Source of the DNA: Methanobacteriota archaeon
GTDB taxonomy: Archaea; Halobacteriota; Bog-38; Methanoflorentales; Methanoflorentaceae
Assembly: GCA_963719035.1 (NCBI GenBank)
Contig: CAVRAO010000013.1
Coordinates: forward strand, 1 to 64,000
DNA length: 64,000 nt
Direction of reading: 5' to 3'
Below are positions 38,204-47,724 of the stretch, piece after piece (the first letter of the stretch is position 1; the number at the start of each line of letters is the position of its first letter). The notes under the pieces were generated by a model, which had not been told where the DNA came from, did not search any database, and saw only the letters and a list, made by a program, of their open reading frames with translations. The translations under genes were made by a program, and so were the position numbers.

Positions 38204-39781
38204 CTATTCGCTATGCAACAGCTTTCCTGTTAGTGCGTCTATTCTGACGCGTCTTTTTTTGCTGTCACGGGCATAGAGGACCTCAAGGACCGTCGAATAT
38301 ACGACATCTACACCAATAACTTCGCATCCTGGGTACAAACCTCTAATAAGTCCGTTCAGTTTTTGCTTTAAAATTCTCGGCTTAATCACGTGGTCAGCGC
38401 GACCATTACTAATCTTTAAAGCGTCGGCGTTCTGTGAATCGAGGGATTTTGGATAAGAGATATCAAGCAAGGGAAAATAAGTGTCGTTTTTTAAGCCTAT
38501 AAGGTGCATCTCTTCAAGCTTTTTTAAGCTTGGCTTGAAACGCTTCTCGGGCAGCGCTTCACGTAGCCTTGCATAGCTTGCGCCTTTGTTGGTGAGGATG
38601 AAGCCCATGACCTTCAGCTGAATAGGATTCAAGTCAGTGAGATAACGTAGATTCTCGGACCGTCGGTGCACACCGTTAGGGCTAAGTATCTCCCCTGTGA
38701 TGGCGTCGATCAAGACCCTGTAATCAACGAACTTTGTACCTATAAGTCTTTTTTTCAACTCTCTGACATTAACAGAAAAAATGGGCAGCATAAGGCGCTT
38801 GACGTCCATCACGCTCTCGCTCGTGCCTAAAATGAGGTGCTTGCGCTTGTTGCTATTTAAGGCATTGAGGACCTTGCTGTCGTCGTAGTGTATAAGAGCG
38901 ACCCTCTTATCTCCCCGCGTGGTGTCAAGGGCACGCTGAACCCGGGCGTGTTCGCTCTCATCGAGATCCTGCGATGTGCGAACTTCTGAGCGTGAGGTTT
39001 GATCTTGCGTGGGATCAGGACGACTTTTTATCGTAGGCGTCGCCCCCCCGTGTGGTGTTTTTCGCCGTCTCACTTTAATAAACGATGGATCAGAGATTGT
39101 TCCTTGGACGTAAAACTGCCCTGGTTTGAGTCCAGTAAGCTGACGCGCATAATCCATCGAGGAGAAGAATATCCGCACCGAATCGATATCGTTTTTAAGC
39201 GTTAGCTTTCCGATGAACACGTTGTTGCACTGGCTTAGCACGTTTTTGTTGACCAAAGCAGGTCGCTGGGTCGCAAAAAGGACTCCCAGTCCTCTTTTTC
39301 TGCCTCGTCTGCTGATAACCTGGAGGATCTCAAGTCCATCGCGCCCTTGCTGCGGAATGTAGATATCTGCCTCTTCAACGACTAGCAAAAAAGGATTCTG
39401 CTTGTGACGTCCTGCTCTAAACAGTTCGGTTGCGACCCGATAAGTGCTATCTAAGAAATCGTTTATGATTTTTTTATCCGTTTCGGAGACATCGAGAACG
39501 ATTTTTTGTGACTTTGTGATAAGTCGTTGAATGTGCTCTTCGTCCTTTGAAAGGCTCTCAATATCATCGATTGAATCGATATTAGGGCAGTGATCAGATA
39601 GCCCGGCGTATTCTCCTTCAGTATCAATTACTGCGAAACCGAGGTCATTTGCGGCAAGCTCCTCGCATATGACGCTCACGAGATAGCTTTTTCCACTTCC
39701 GCTCTGTCCTATGACGGCACTTCGTTCAGTGACGAGGTACCCTGGATCAATGCTGAACGCTTCTCCGATGTGGAGCTCCAT
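38204..39781 (-). CDS. HerA/FtsK-like (DUF87) ATPase with C-terminal extension
   Basis: GQSGSGKS, IDTEGEY, VEEAD, RGRKRG, ATQRPA, SQCN. Confidence 0.88.
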   Translation of the reverse strand: MELHIGEAFSIDPGYLVTERSAVIGQSGSGKSYLVSVICEELAANDLGFAVIDTEGEYAGLSDHCPNIDSIDDIESLSKDEEHIQRLITKSQKIVLDVSETDKKIINDFLDSTYRVATELFRAGRHKQNPFLLVVEEADIYIPQQGRDGLEILQVISRRGRKRGLGVLFATQRPALVNKNVLSQCNNVFIGKLTLKNDIDSVRIFFSSMDYARQLTGLKPGQFYVQGTISDPSFIKVRRRKTPHGGATPTIKSRPDPTQDQTSRSEVRTSQDLDESEHARVQRALDTTRGDKRVALIHYDDSKVLNALNSNKRKHLILGTSESVMDVKRLMLPIFSVNVRELKKRLIGTKFVDYRVLIDAITGEILSPNGVHRRSENLRYLTDLNPIQLKVMGFILTNKGASYARLREALPEKRFKPSLKKLEEMHLIGLKNDTYFPLLDISYPKSLDSQNADALKISNGRADHVIKPRILKQKLNGLIRGLYPGCEVIGVDVVYSTVLEVLYARDSKKRRVRIDALTGKLLHSE

Positions 39782-39908
39782 TGGTTCAATATGGCCTGTT
39801 GGTTCGATATAAGCTTACTGTTATGCGATAAATATCATCGCTGCGGTCTTTGAGACCTGACGCTGCTCAAAAAAGATATACCAAGCCTCAGTGCATAATT
39901 GATGCATT

Positions 39909-41309
39909 GTGAAGCTAAAATTCCTTGGCGCCGCCCGCGAAGTTACTGGGAGCAAACATCTAATCACTACTGAAAACGGAAAGAAAATACTGCTCGACTG
40001 TGGCATGTTCCAGGGCAAAGGGCTGGAAACCGATGGCATGAACCGCAATCTCGGTTTTGACCCTGCTGAAATCGACCATATCCTCCTGTCGCATGCACAT
40101 ATCGACCACTCGGGACTAATCCCCTACGTTTATAGACTCGGCTTCCGAGGATCGGTGGTTTGCACTAATGCCACCCGCGACCTGTGCGCTATCATGCTTG
40201 CCGACAGCGGGCACATACAGGAAAGTGACGTAGAACGGTTTAATAGACGCCGAGTTGCCAAAGGCTTGGCTCCTGTTAAACCGATTTATACCGAAAAAGA
40301 TGCCCGTGCCTGTATGCAGCTATTCATAGGCGTGGCATACAACAGGAGATTCCGGATTGATGACAATACCAACGTAAAGTTTACCAACACCGGACATATG
40401 CTCGGCAGCGGCGTAGTTTCGCTTGAAATTACCGAAAACGGGAACACAACAAAGCTCGCATATACGAGTGATATCGGCAGGCCGGCGAACCGCATACTGA
40501 AGCCGCCACAGCCTTTCCCGCAATGCGAGTACCTGATCACCGAATCGACCTATGGAAACCGCGTGCACCCGCAGATGCGGGATGCCGAGGCAGAACTGCT
40601 TCGGGTGATCCGCCAGACGTGCGTTGAAAAAGGCGGGAAGCTCATCATCCCTGCCTTTGCCATCGGCCGCACGCAGGAAGTGGTTTATGCGCTGAATAAC
40701 TTTTTTAACGAAGGGCTTTTACCAAAAATAAATATCTACGTTGATAGCCCGTTGGCAGTGAATGCCACCGACATCTTCCGGTTGCACCTCGATGACCTCA
40801 GCGATGATGTTCAAGAAGTAATGCAAAATGACTCAGATCCATTCGGATTTGGTACCCTTTTTTACGTAAAAAGCACAGAAGAATCGAAAAAGCTGAATTC
40901 AATTGATAAACCGTGCGTGATCATTTCTGCCTCTGGTATGATGGAAGCTGGACGGATAAAGCACCACTTGGCCAACAATATTGAAGACCCGAAAAACACA
41001 ATTCTTGTAGTTGGTTATTGCTCGCCCGCTACGTTGGGAGCTAGGATAGTAAGCGGTGAAAATCCTGTATCTATCTTCGGCGAAAAACACCCAGTGAGAG
41101 CAACGGTTGAACGGATTGAAGCATTTTCGGGCCACGGCGACTGCAATGAAATGAAGGATTACATCAGTTGCCAGGATAAAAGTCAGTTGAAAAAGGTATT
41201 CTTGGTGCATGGTGAGATTGAAGCGCAGCAATTTTACCGGGTTAAGCTTGAAGAGGCCGGATTCAGGAATATAAGCGTACCTGAGGCCGGCGCTGAAGTT
41301 CAACTTTAG
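39909..41309 (+). CDS. MBL-fold beta-CASP RNA-processing nuclease
   Basis: GAAREVTGS, DCGMFQG, HAHIDHSG, GHMLGS, ESTYGNR, FSGHGD, VHGE. Confidence 0.93.
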   Translation: MKLKFLGAAREVTGSKHLITTENGKKILLDCGMFQGKGLETDGMNRNLGFDPAEIDHILLSHAHIDHSGLIPYVYRLGFRGSVVCTNATRDLCAIMLADSGHIQESDVERFNRRRVAKGLAPVKPIYTEKDARACMQLFIGVAYNRRFRIDDNTNVKFTNTGHMLGSGVVSLEITENGNTTKLAYTSDIGRPANRILKPPQPFPQCEYLITESTYGNRVHPQMRDAEAELLRVIRQTCVEKGGKLIIPAFAIGRTQEVVYALNNFFNEGLLPKINIYVDSPLAVNATDIFRLHLDDLSDDVQEVMQNDSDPFGFGTLFYVKSTEESKKLNSIDKPCVIISASGMMEAGRIKHHLANNIEDPKNTILVVGYCSPATLGARIVSGENPVSIFGEKHPVRATVERIEAFSGHGDCNEMKDYISCQDKSQLKKVFLVHGEIEAQQFYRVKLEEAGFRNISVPEAGAEVQL

Positions 41310-41413
41310 ATGCCTGACCTGTCATGGGTTGCACTCACCGTTAGCTGAGCATTTCCGGTTACTGCGCTCGCGCTGTGCAAAATCACTGTGCAGAAACCTT
41401 GGCAAAGGAGTTA

Positions 41414-42511
41414 CTAGCGGGAAGCCACTAAAGTGACAATATCTTTATCAAGCAGCTTGTGGTCTAGTCCCACACGCTGACCAGAGTGTCTTGCACTTGG
41501 ACCCCACACGTGAGCGTACCTGAATTTCCGCGAGATTTGTTTATGCATAAGGTTGCAGACCTCTTCGACGGTCGAATTATGACGTAAAATCAACGGGTTT
41601 TCAGTATCTGCCGCTTTACCCTGAGGTTTTAAAAATACGCGAATAAACCCTAGCTTTTCAAAGATCAAATCTTTAAGATGATCGACGTTAATGTTGTGCT
41701 CGGCGGAAATATGAACGTCACCGAAACCCACTGGGCTAGGTAATTGGTCTATCTTGTTGACAACCGTTATTGCAGGGACGAACCGTCTGCCCGGGATCAA
41801 TGCGTCTACCAATCGATCGACGCTAACGTCTTCTTTAAGCAAAACGTCCGCGTTGTGAATCTTGAAGTCATGTAAAATCGCAACTATCGTGGCTTCATCG
41901 ATTTTAGTAGCATTTGGGGCCCTTTTAATTAAGACACCCCCACGGGCTTTCTTTTTTATCACTACGTTTGGGGGACTTTGGTTTAGTCTGATTCCAGCGT
42001 CGTTTAACTCTTTTTTGATTACGTCGACTTGCCATTCGCTAAAAACGTCGACCAAAATCAGGATGAGGTCTGCGCTTCTTACAACCGAAATAACCTCTCT
42101 GCCCCTTCCTTTGCCCGCTGTTGCGCCTCGGATCAATCCTGGGACGTCCAAGACTTGTATGCGTGCCCCTTTATGCACCATAGAGCCAGGTATGACATTA
42201 AGTGTAGTAAAATCATAAGCGCCGACTGGTGATTTTGCGTTTGTGAGCGCGTTCAGCAAGGTTGACTTTCCAACGGATGGGTATCCTACCAGCACACAAG
42301 TGGCATCACCGGACTTTTTTGGTGCATATCCGGTCCCTTTATGAGAGCCCTTCGTCTCCCTTTGCTCCTTTAGCCGCGCTAGTTTTGCTTTTAGACGACC
42401 GATGTGGAGTTGTGTGGCTTTGTTGTAAGGAGTGTCGCGTATCTCCGTCTCTACTTCGCAGATTTGCTCGTCTACGCCACTAAAATGGTCGCCCGATCGT
42501 CTCGCATTCAT
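41414..42511 (-). CDS. DRG/OBG-family GTPase with TGS domain
   Basis: TPYNKATQLHIGRLKAK, GYPSVGKS, YDFTTL, DVPG, NKID, GQRVGLDH.L.D.D. Confidence 0.95.
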   Translation of the reverse strand: MNARRSGDHFSGVDEQICEVETEIRDTPYNKATQLHIGRLKAKLARLKEQRETKGSHKGTGYAPKKSGDATCVLVGYPSVGKSTLLNALTNAKSPVGAYDFTTLNVIPGSMVHKGARIQVLDVPGLIRGATAGKGRGREVISVVRSADLILILVDVFSEWQVDVIKKELNDAGIRLNQSPPNVVIKKKARGGVLIKRAPNATKIDEATIVAILHDFKIHNADVLLKEDVSVDRLVDALIPGRRFVPAITVVNKIDQLPSPVGFGDVHISAEHNINVDHLKDLIFEKLGFIRVFLKPQGKAADTENPLILRHNSTVEEVCNLMHKQISRKFRYAHVWGPSARHSGQRVGLDHKLLDKDIVTLVASR

Positions 42512-42559
42512 ATGATGCCCTCGGCGGATGTAGAATGGGGCAGCATTTCTTCAAAAAAA

Positions 42560-42973
42560 TTAGGATCTGCTCTGAGTAGTGACCTTCGTATTTACTAAAA
42601 CGAGCTTCGTGCGCTCGCCTCGGATGGCTACGAGGTAAACATGTGGATCATTCGATGCCATACATTCCATCCATTTCTTGTGTAAGTTCCCATCTGAAGC
42701 GATTGGCGGTGATCCGTTTTTCGCACGGAGCTCATTAACGCAGTATATAAAATCTGACTCGGACAATCGAGCGACTTTAGACTTCATACCGATATTGCGT
42801 GGCCACACCGCCTTTAGCTCTTCCTTTATATCTTTTATGAAGCCGCCGGTGGGCATCTTGTTGTCAAAGTTCTCGATGACATCGATTTTTCCGTCTCCAT
42901 CATCTAAGCCGTAATAACATTTCACTGCGTGTCTGGCTAGCTTTAGGTCGCGTTTTCCCAAAATAAGTCCCAT
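42560..42973 (-). CDS. Hypothetical protein
   Basis: Open frame of ~137 aa from MGLILG; no recognisable motif. Confidence 0.5.
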   Translation of the reverse strand: MGLILGKRDLKLARHAVKCYYGLDDGDGKIDVIENFDNKMPTGGFIKDIKEELKAVWPRNIGMKSKVARLSESDFIYCVNELRAKNGSPPIASDGNLHKKWMECMASNDPHVYLVAIRGERTKLVLVNTKVTTQSRS

Positions 42974-43279
42974 ATTAACATTCGCGATCAAAGTATTTCA
43001 ATATTGTGTAATGATTGCCATTAGTGGGCGTTTTACGTGTTAAACAACGAAAAAAGGCCTTTAAAAGTTGTATCCTAAATTTACGACTATATCGTTTCAA
43101 TTATGATTTTTGAAGAAACAACGTGTTGCACTTTTACAAAGTCGTTGTAAACAAAGGATTTTTGCTCTTGAGTTAAGTAAAGATTTGGACTTAAAAGAAT
43201 ACAAAAGAATGCGCTGAAATTAAGCCGTAAGCCCCGAAGAGATGGGGTGGGTGTGCGCCTCGAAGTGAAACGCGAGAGT

Positions 43280-43420
43280 TTAGATGAGCAATTCCAGCCA
43301 CTCGTCGAGGAGCGAACAGTACTCTGGAGTACACACCTCGTGGCATCCGATACAAGGGGCGATCTTGCCTTGCGCTAGAAGCAGATCGTGCTTGTTTTTT
43401 TCGCCATCTTCGGCTTTCAC
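43280..43420 (-). CDS. Mini Cys4 protein resembling the Fe-S domain of TFE-beta/RPC34
   Basis: GGAGG RBS before GTG; APCIGCHEVCTPEYCSLLDEW; directly downstream of the Sm gene. Confidence 0.65.
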   Translation of the reverse strand: MKAEDGEKNKHDLLLAQGKIAPCIGCHEVCTPEYCSLLDEWLELLI

Positions 43421-43527
43421 TTTTCCTCCGCCTTTGTTGTTGACAAATGAACTGTGAGTATATTGTTGTTTTGAACTCCCCAAAGCAGCCTAGCGTGTTT
43501 TTTCACGCGTGCGCCTCAGTTCCGGGA

Positions 43528-43752
43528 TTAGTCGTTCACGGGGTTCAGAAGAATGATGTTGTTGCCACGGAGCACTACCGATCCGAGAACTCGCGACTTC
43601 TCCCCGTCAACAACTTCTGTTGTATTCGTAAGATGTAAGTTGAGATAGTCATCGGCACTCATTAAGAGGCCTTCGAGCACACATTTTTCGCCCTTCATCT
43701 CGACTTGAATTCTGGAACCAACCAGATTTTGAACCTTCTTCGATGGGAACAA
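43528..43752 (-). CDS. Sm/LSm RNA-binding protein
   Basis: VEMKG...LEG.L...DDYLNLHL...LGSVVLRGNNI. Confidence 0.93.
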   Translation of the reverse strand: MFPSKKVQNLVGSRIQVEMKGEKCVLEGLLMSADDYLNLHLTNTTEVVDGEKSRVLGSVVLRGNNIILLNPVND

Positions 43753-43906
43753 TTTAGATCCTCACACAAACTTGGTTTTTCGAATACTTTAATATTGTGT
43801 TCGTTTGTTCGCGAGACGATGTCTCCCGTTAGAAGATTCTTTCGCAAGTTGCGCGGCTAGCCTATACATCAAAGAAGCGATTAGCTGCAGTGGGACTCAA
43901 GTGGGG

Positions 43907-44368
43907 TCAACCACATAATATGAACGTGAGGATCGCGAGCGAAGAGAGCAAAACAATCAATGCGTTGGCTAACGGATTGTCATACTTACACAAGTGCGCC
44001 GAAAAACTATGACGGCTCAGAGGCCAGAGCAGCGGACAGCCTGATCTTGTTAGTGTATCGAGGAGGATATGGCTTGCGACGGCCGCTGTGAGTGCGGGTA
44101 CAACGAGTAGATCAAGGGGCGGGTATCGTGAGAGAAGGACATACGAAAAGCAGGCACACGCCACTATGGTGAAGATCGAGTGGGAGACTCCGCTTCTATG
44201 GTGAACAAGTCTTTTGGGCATACGTTCATCGATGTCAGGGATCGATGCCAGTGTGAGTGCAACAGTGCTAGAGAGCAGTACCACTACTTTGTTTGTTTCT
44301 GGTATAGCAAGCTCAAAAATGGCGATGCAGAAGATAAAAGCAAAAACTGAGTGTGCTAATGCCTTCAC
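43907..44368 (-). CDS. Metal-dependent hydrolase (YdjM/DUF457) membrane protein
   Basis: AH, IPDID, HHRSGVSHS, SHILLDTLT.SG.PLLWP; start moved to GTG 44368 to avoid the tRNA. Confidence 0.82.
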   Translation of the reverse strand: MKALAHSVFAFIFCIAIFELAIPETNKVVVLLSSTVALTLASIPDIDERMPKRLVHHRSGVSHSIFTIVACACFSYVLLSRYPPLDLLVVPALTAAVASHILLDTLTRSGCPLLWPLSRHSFSAHLCKYDNPLANALIVLLSSLAILTFILCG

Positions 44369-44474
44369 AACACGTGTGTTGGTTGCGCCTTCGTTAAGTA
44401 AATATATGGTCGGGGGGACATTAAAACAGAGCTCATCCTTCGGGTGAGCATCGTTCTTTAAGAAGAATTTGTTT

Positions 44475-44547
44475 AGCCCGGTAGTGTAGCGGTCAATCAT
44501 GTGAGACTCTGGATCTCACGACCACGGTTCGAATCCGTGCCGGGCTA
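44475..44547 (+). tRNA. tRNA-Gln(CTG)
   Basis: Acceptor stem AGCCCGG/CCGGGCT + A; anticodon arm TGAGA-CTCTGGA-TCTCA; T-loop GGTTCGAATCC; no encoded CCA. Confidence 0.95.
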
Positions 44548-44554
44548 TCTCCGC

Positions 44555-46093
44555 TTAGGGGAGCGCCTCATACTGAAGCTTCCCTTTCGTGCGCTCCCAC
44601 TCCTCGAGGGGGATGCTATACTTCTTTTCTATAGCGTCTCGGTAGTTTGGGCCGCTGTTATATGCGCAAAATGGGACAATCAACCCGCCTGGGACCGCGT
44701 AATGTATAGCGCAGCGCTTGACCCGTTCAACGTCATAGTTGTAAGCGTCCATGAAATGCATGCCACCGATGAACAGGGCTTTTTTATGAAAGTCACCGAG
44801 CGTTTTATATTCGTGAGTTAGTAAGACCGTCTTTATTATTTCCTTAAACTGAATCCCCTTAGGTTGCTTCTCCTCGTCGACGAGCGAATTCAGTGCGAGT
44901 AATCCTCGCATCAGCGCTGCCGGTTTCCGCAGCACACCACCGTTGTTCAGGTTGCCCGCGAGCTTCTGGGTCAGCTCAAAGAATCTGTCGACGTCCACGA
45001 ACCGGTTTATTGGAATCAGTTTCCCGTCTTCGACGAACAAGTAAGTAGCTATACCACAGTGCGGATGTGTACTGAACTCGATCTGCGGCGTTTGCGTATA
45101 AGCCTCAATGAGCTTTGAAATCGAAACGACGCACGGCACTGGATAAAAATCTTCAGTTTTGACTTGTCCATCCGTCTGTTGTTCTATGCTTAACGCAAGA
45201 TCGGGCAGGGTATATCTCTCAGCATTTCTGACTGCCGCGCTGAACTCGTTTGCGGCACCCGTGAATGCCATTGGCTGGAAGTTGACCCCTCTAACGACAT
45301 CCACGTTTTGAGCTGCAAAATAGATAATTTTCCCGACTTCATGGTCATTTAACCCTCGAGCGACTGTGGGAACTAACACAACGCCTTGGCCCGCATCTCT
45401 GCAGTTCTCGATGGCCTTCTTTTTCAGCTCAATCAGACCATCCGTCTCTTTAGAAACGCCATTAAATTGAAGATATACGGTATTTAGCCCAGCTTGTCTA
45501 AGCGTCCGTGCAAGCGTGTCATCTTTTCCGAGCCTAATACCATTTGTCGCAATTTGGGTTTGAATAAAGCCCATATCGACCGCCATTTTGATGATCTCAG
45601 GGAGATCGTCCCGTAACGTCGGCTCGCCTCCCGAAAACTGAACCGCAAGCGTTGGAATTGGTCGCTCTTGGCGTAGCGTGGAAAGCATATCTCTGAGCTG
45701 CTCGAATGACGGTTCGTATACATAACCCCGCGCATGTGCGTTAGCAAAACACCACTCACAGCGCAAGTTGCACCGATTAGTAACGTCGACATTTGCTAGG
45801 GACGTCGAAGTCAGATGGGCATCGCAGAGGCCACATTCAAGCGGGCACACTTTTTCAAGTGTCAGCTGAGGATTCTGCACTCCGTGTCCGTCATACGAAA
45901 ACCGCTCAGCCTTGTGATACATTTCTGCGCTTGACCAATACAACTCGTCGAACGCGCCATGCTCCGGACATTCCTTAACCATCCAAATCTGGCCGTTCTT
46001 TTCATAGATGGTAGCATCGACGGGTTTAAGGCATACGTGACATAACGAGGTCGTTCGCTTAGGTAGTGGCACTGGTGCGTCGTAAATCGGCAT
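44555..46093 (-). CDS. tes: Tetraether lipid synthase (GDGT-MAS, MJ0619 family radical SAM)
   Basis: N-terminal SLCHVC...KECPEHG, CPLECGLC..H, TNRCNLRCEWCFA, HPHCG, HFMDAYNYDVERVKRCAIHY, PFCAYN. Confidence 0.9.
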   Translation of the reverse strand: MPIYDAPVPLPKRTTSLCHVCLKPVDATIYEKNGQIWMVKECPEHGAFDELYWSSAEMYHKAERFSYDGHGVQNPQLTLEKVCPLECGLCDAHLTSTSLANVDVTNRCNLRCEWCFANAHARGYVYEPSFEQLRDMLSTLRQERPIPTLAVQFSGGEPTLRDDLPEIIKMAVDMGFIQTQIATNGIRLGKDDTLARTLRQAGLNTVYLQFNGVSKETDGLIELKKKAIENCRDAGQGVVLVPTVARGLNDHEVGKIIYFAAQNVDVVRGVNFQPMAFTGAANEFSAAVRNAERYTLPDLALSIEQQTDGQVKTEDFYPVPCVVSISKLIEAYTQTPQIEFSTHPHCGIATYLFVEDGKLIPINRFVDVDRFFELTQKLAGNLNNGGVLRKPAALMRGLLALNSLVDEEKQPKGIQFKEIIKTVLLTHEYKTLGDFHKKALFIGGMHFMDAYNYDVERVKRCAIHYAVPGGLIVPFCAYNSGPNYRDAIEKKYSIPLEEWERTKGKLQYEALP

Positions 46094-46264
46094 TTAGTTT
46101 CTCCAGCTTTTGCTAATAGCACATTTTATTCTGTTACTATTATTATTTTGTGTTCTAAAAACCGGGCTAGGACGCGAGCAGTCACGCACTGCGTTCGATT
46201 GCGATGAACGTTCCGGACAGACGAGAGACAGGTTTAATACGTATGGTGCGCCTTTCGCAATGCA

Positions 46265-46798
46265 ATGCTCTCGCTGATAATCGACGCCTTATGGCTGATG
46301 CTCCCTGCCTACGTGCCTAACTCGAGCGCGGTCCTCTTTTCGGGAAAAACCCCTGTCGATTTTGGGCGGAACTTTATCGATGGCAGAAGGATTTTTGGGC
46401 CGGGGAAAACGTTTAGGGGCTTAATCGGCGGGACGCTGTCGGGTATAGTAGTCGGTCTGCTTCTACAGCTTATCAACGAAAGCACACACATTAGCGTGCC
46501 CTCGTTTGAGCCGATTTCAGTCGTCGTCACCCTGTCGCTCGGCGCGATGCTCGGAGATCTTGCGATGAGCTTCGTTAAAAGGAGGCTAGGCCTTGATCGA
46601 GGCAGCCCATTACCCGTTGCTGATCAGCTTGACTTCGTCGTTGGTGCATGGGTTCTTACATACGTCTTTTTTAGCGAATGGTTCGTCCAAAACTTCACCC
46701 CTTCGATAATAGTGATCCTCCTTATTTTGAGTCCGTTGTTACATATCGTAGTAAACATCGTTGGGTACAAGCTTGGCAAAAAAAAGGAGCCGTGGTAA
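46265..46798 (+). CDS. carS: CDP-archaeol synthase
   Basis: LPAYVPN, PVDFGRNF.DGRRIFGPGKT.RG, GDL..SFVKRRLG, DQLDF, KKEPW. Confidence 0.93.
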   Translation: MLSLIIDALWLMLPAYVPNSSAVLFSGKTPVDFGRNFIDGRRIFGPGKTFRGLIGGTLSGIVVGLLLQLINESTHISVPSFEPISVVVTLSLGAMLGDLAMSFVKRRLGLDRGSPLPVADQLDFVVGAWVLTYVFFSEWFVQNFTPSIIVILLILSPLLHIVVNIVGYKLGKKKEPW

Positions 46799-47701
46799 TT
46801 ACAAGGGGAGCTTCATTAGCAAAGCTTTTTGGGCGTGGAGCCTGTTTTCAGCTTGCACGAAAACGACCGAGTGTGGCCCGTCCATCACTTCATCGGTGAT
46901 CTCCTGCCCCCGATGAGCAGGAAGACAATGGAGCACTATCACGTCGTCCTTCGCTCTGTCGAGCACTTTTTCGTCAATGCGGTACTTGGAGAACGCGAGC
47001 AGGCGCTCTGCAGAAGCAGCCTCGTTTCCCATGGAGATCCAGGTGTCCGTATATAAGATGTCTGCAGCGGACGCGGCTTCGAACGGATCGCGAATTACTC
47101 TCACTGCTGAGAGCGTTTGACCTCTCTCAATGATGGCAGCGTTCGGTTCATAGCCCGGCGGACATGCGACGTCGATGTGCATGCCCAAACAGGCGCAAGC
47201 GAGTATGGCCGAGTTGCACACGTTATTTCCGTCTCCAATCCAAGCAAGTTTCAAACCACTGAGGGTACCTTTCTTCTCGTAAATCGTCATCAGGTCAGCG
47301 AGCAACTGGCAGGGGTGCTCAAGATCAGAGAGGGCGTTAATAACTGGGATTGGGGCGTAGTGAGCCATTTCAACAATGGTTGAATGGTGGGTCGCCCGCA
47401 AAACAATCCCGCTTAGATACTTCGAGAGTACCCGCGCGGTATCTGCGATCGTCTCACCTCGCCCGAGCTGGAGATCATTCCAGTTCAAGTAGATTGGATA
47501 TCCTCCCAGCTCGACTATACCAACTTCAAACGCGGTTCGTGTTCGCGTCGACGGCTTCTCAAATATCATTCCCAGAGTTTTGTGCTGCAAAACTTTTGAG
47601 AACATCCCACGTGATCGTTCATCTTTGAGACGGAGCGCAAGCTGTAAAACGTCGAAGATTTCGTCTTTGGATAAATCACCGATAGAAATAAGATCTTTCA
47701 T
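46799..47701 (-). CDS. argF: Ornithine carbamoyltransferase
   Basis: FEKPSTRTR, HPCQ, WISMG, HCLPAHRG, QAENR. Confidence 0.96.
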   Translation of the reverse strand: MKDLISIGDLSKDEIFDVLQLALRLKDERSRGMFSKVLQHKTLGMIFEKPSTRTRTAFEVGIVELGGYPIYLNWNDLQLGRGETIADTARVLSKYLSGIVLRATHHSTIVEMAHYAPIPVINALSDLEHPCQLLADLMTIYEKKGTLSGLKLAWIGDGNNVCNSAILACACLGMHIDVACPPGYEPNAAIIERGQTLSAVRVIRDPFEAASAADILYTDTWISMGNEAASAERLLAFSKYRIDEKVLDRAKDDVIVLHCLPAHRGQEITDEVMDGPHSVVFVQAENRLHAQKALLMKLPL

Positions 47702-47724
47702 CTTGGGCCCTCTGGCGCGCGCTC

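Noticed and set aside
44369-44500. N-terminal extension of ORF 43907..44500, and ORF 44501..44821
   Set aside because: They overlap tRNA-Gln or lie antisense to tes
44475-44547. tRNA-Gln as an integration site
   Set aside because: No integrase or duplicated tRNA 3' end noticed; the flanks are housekeeping genes
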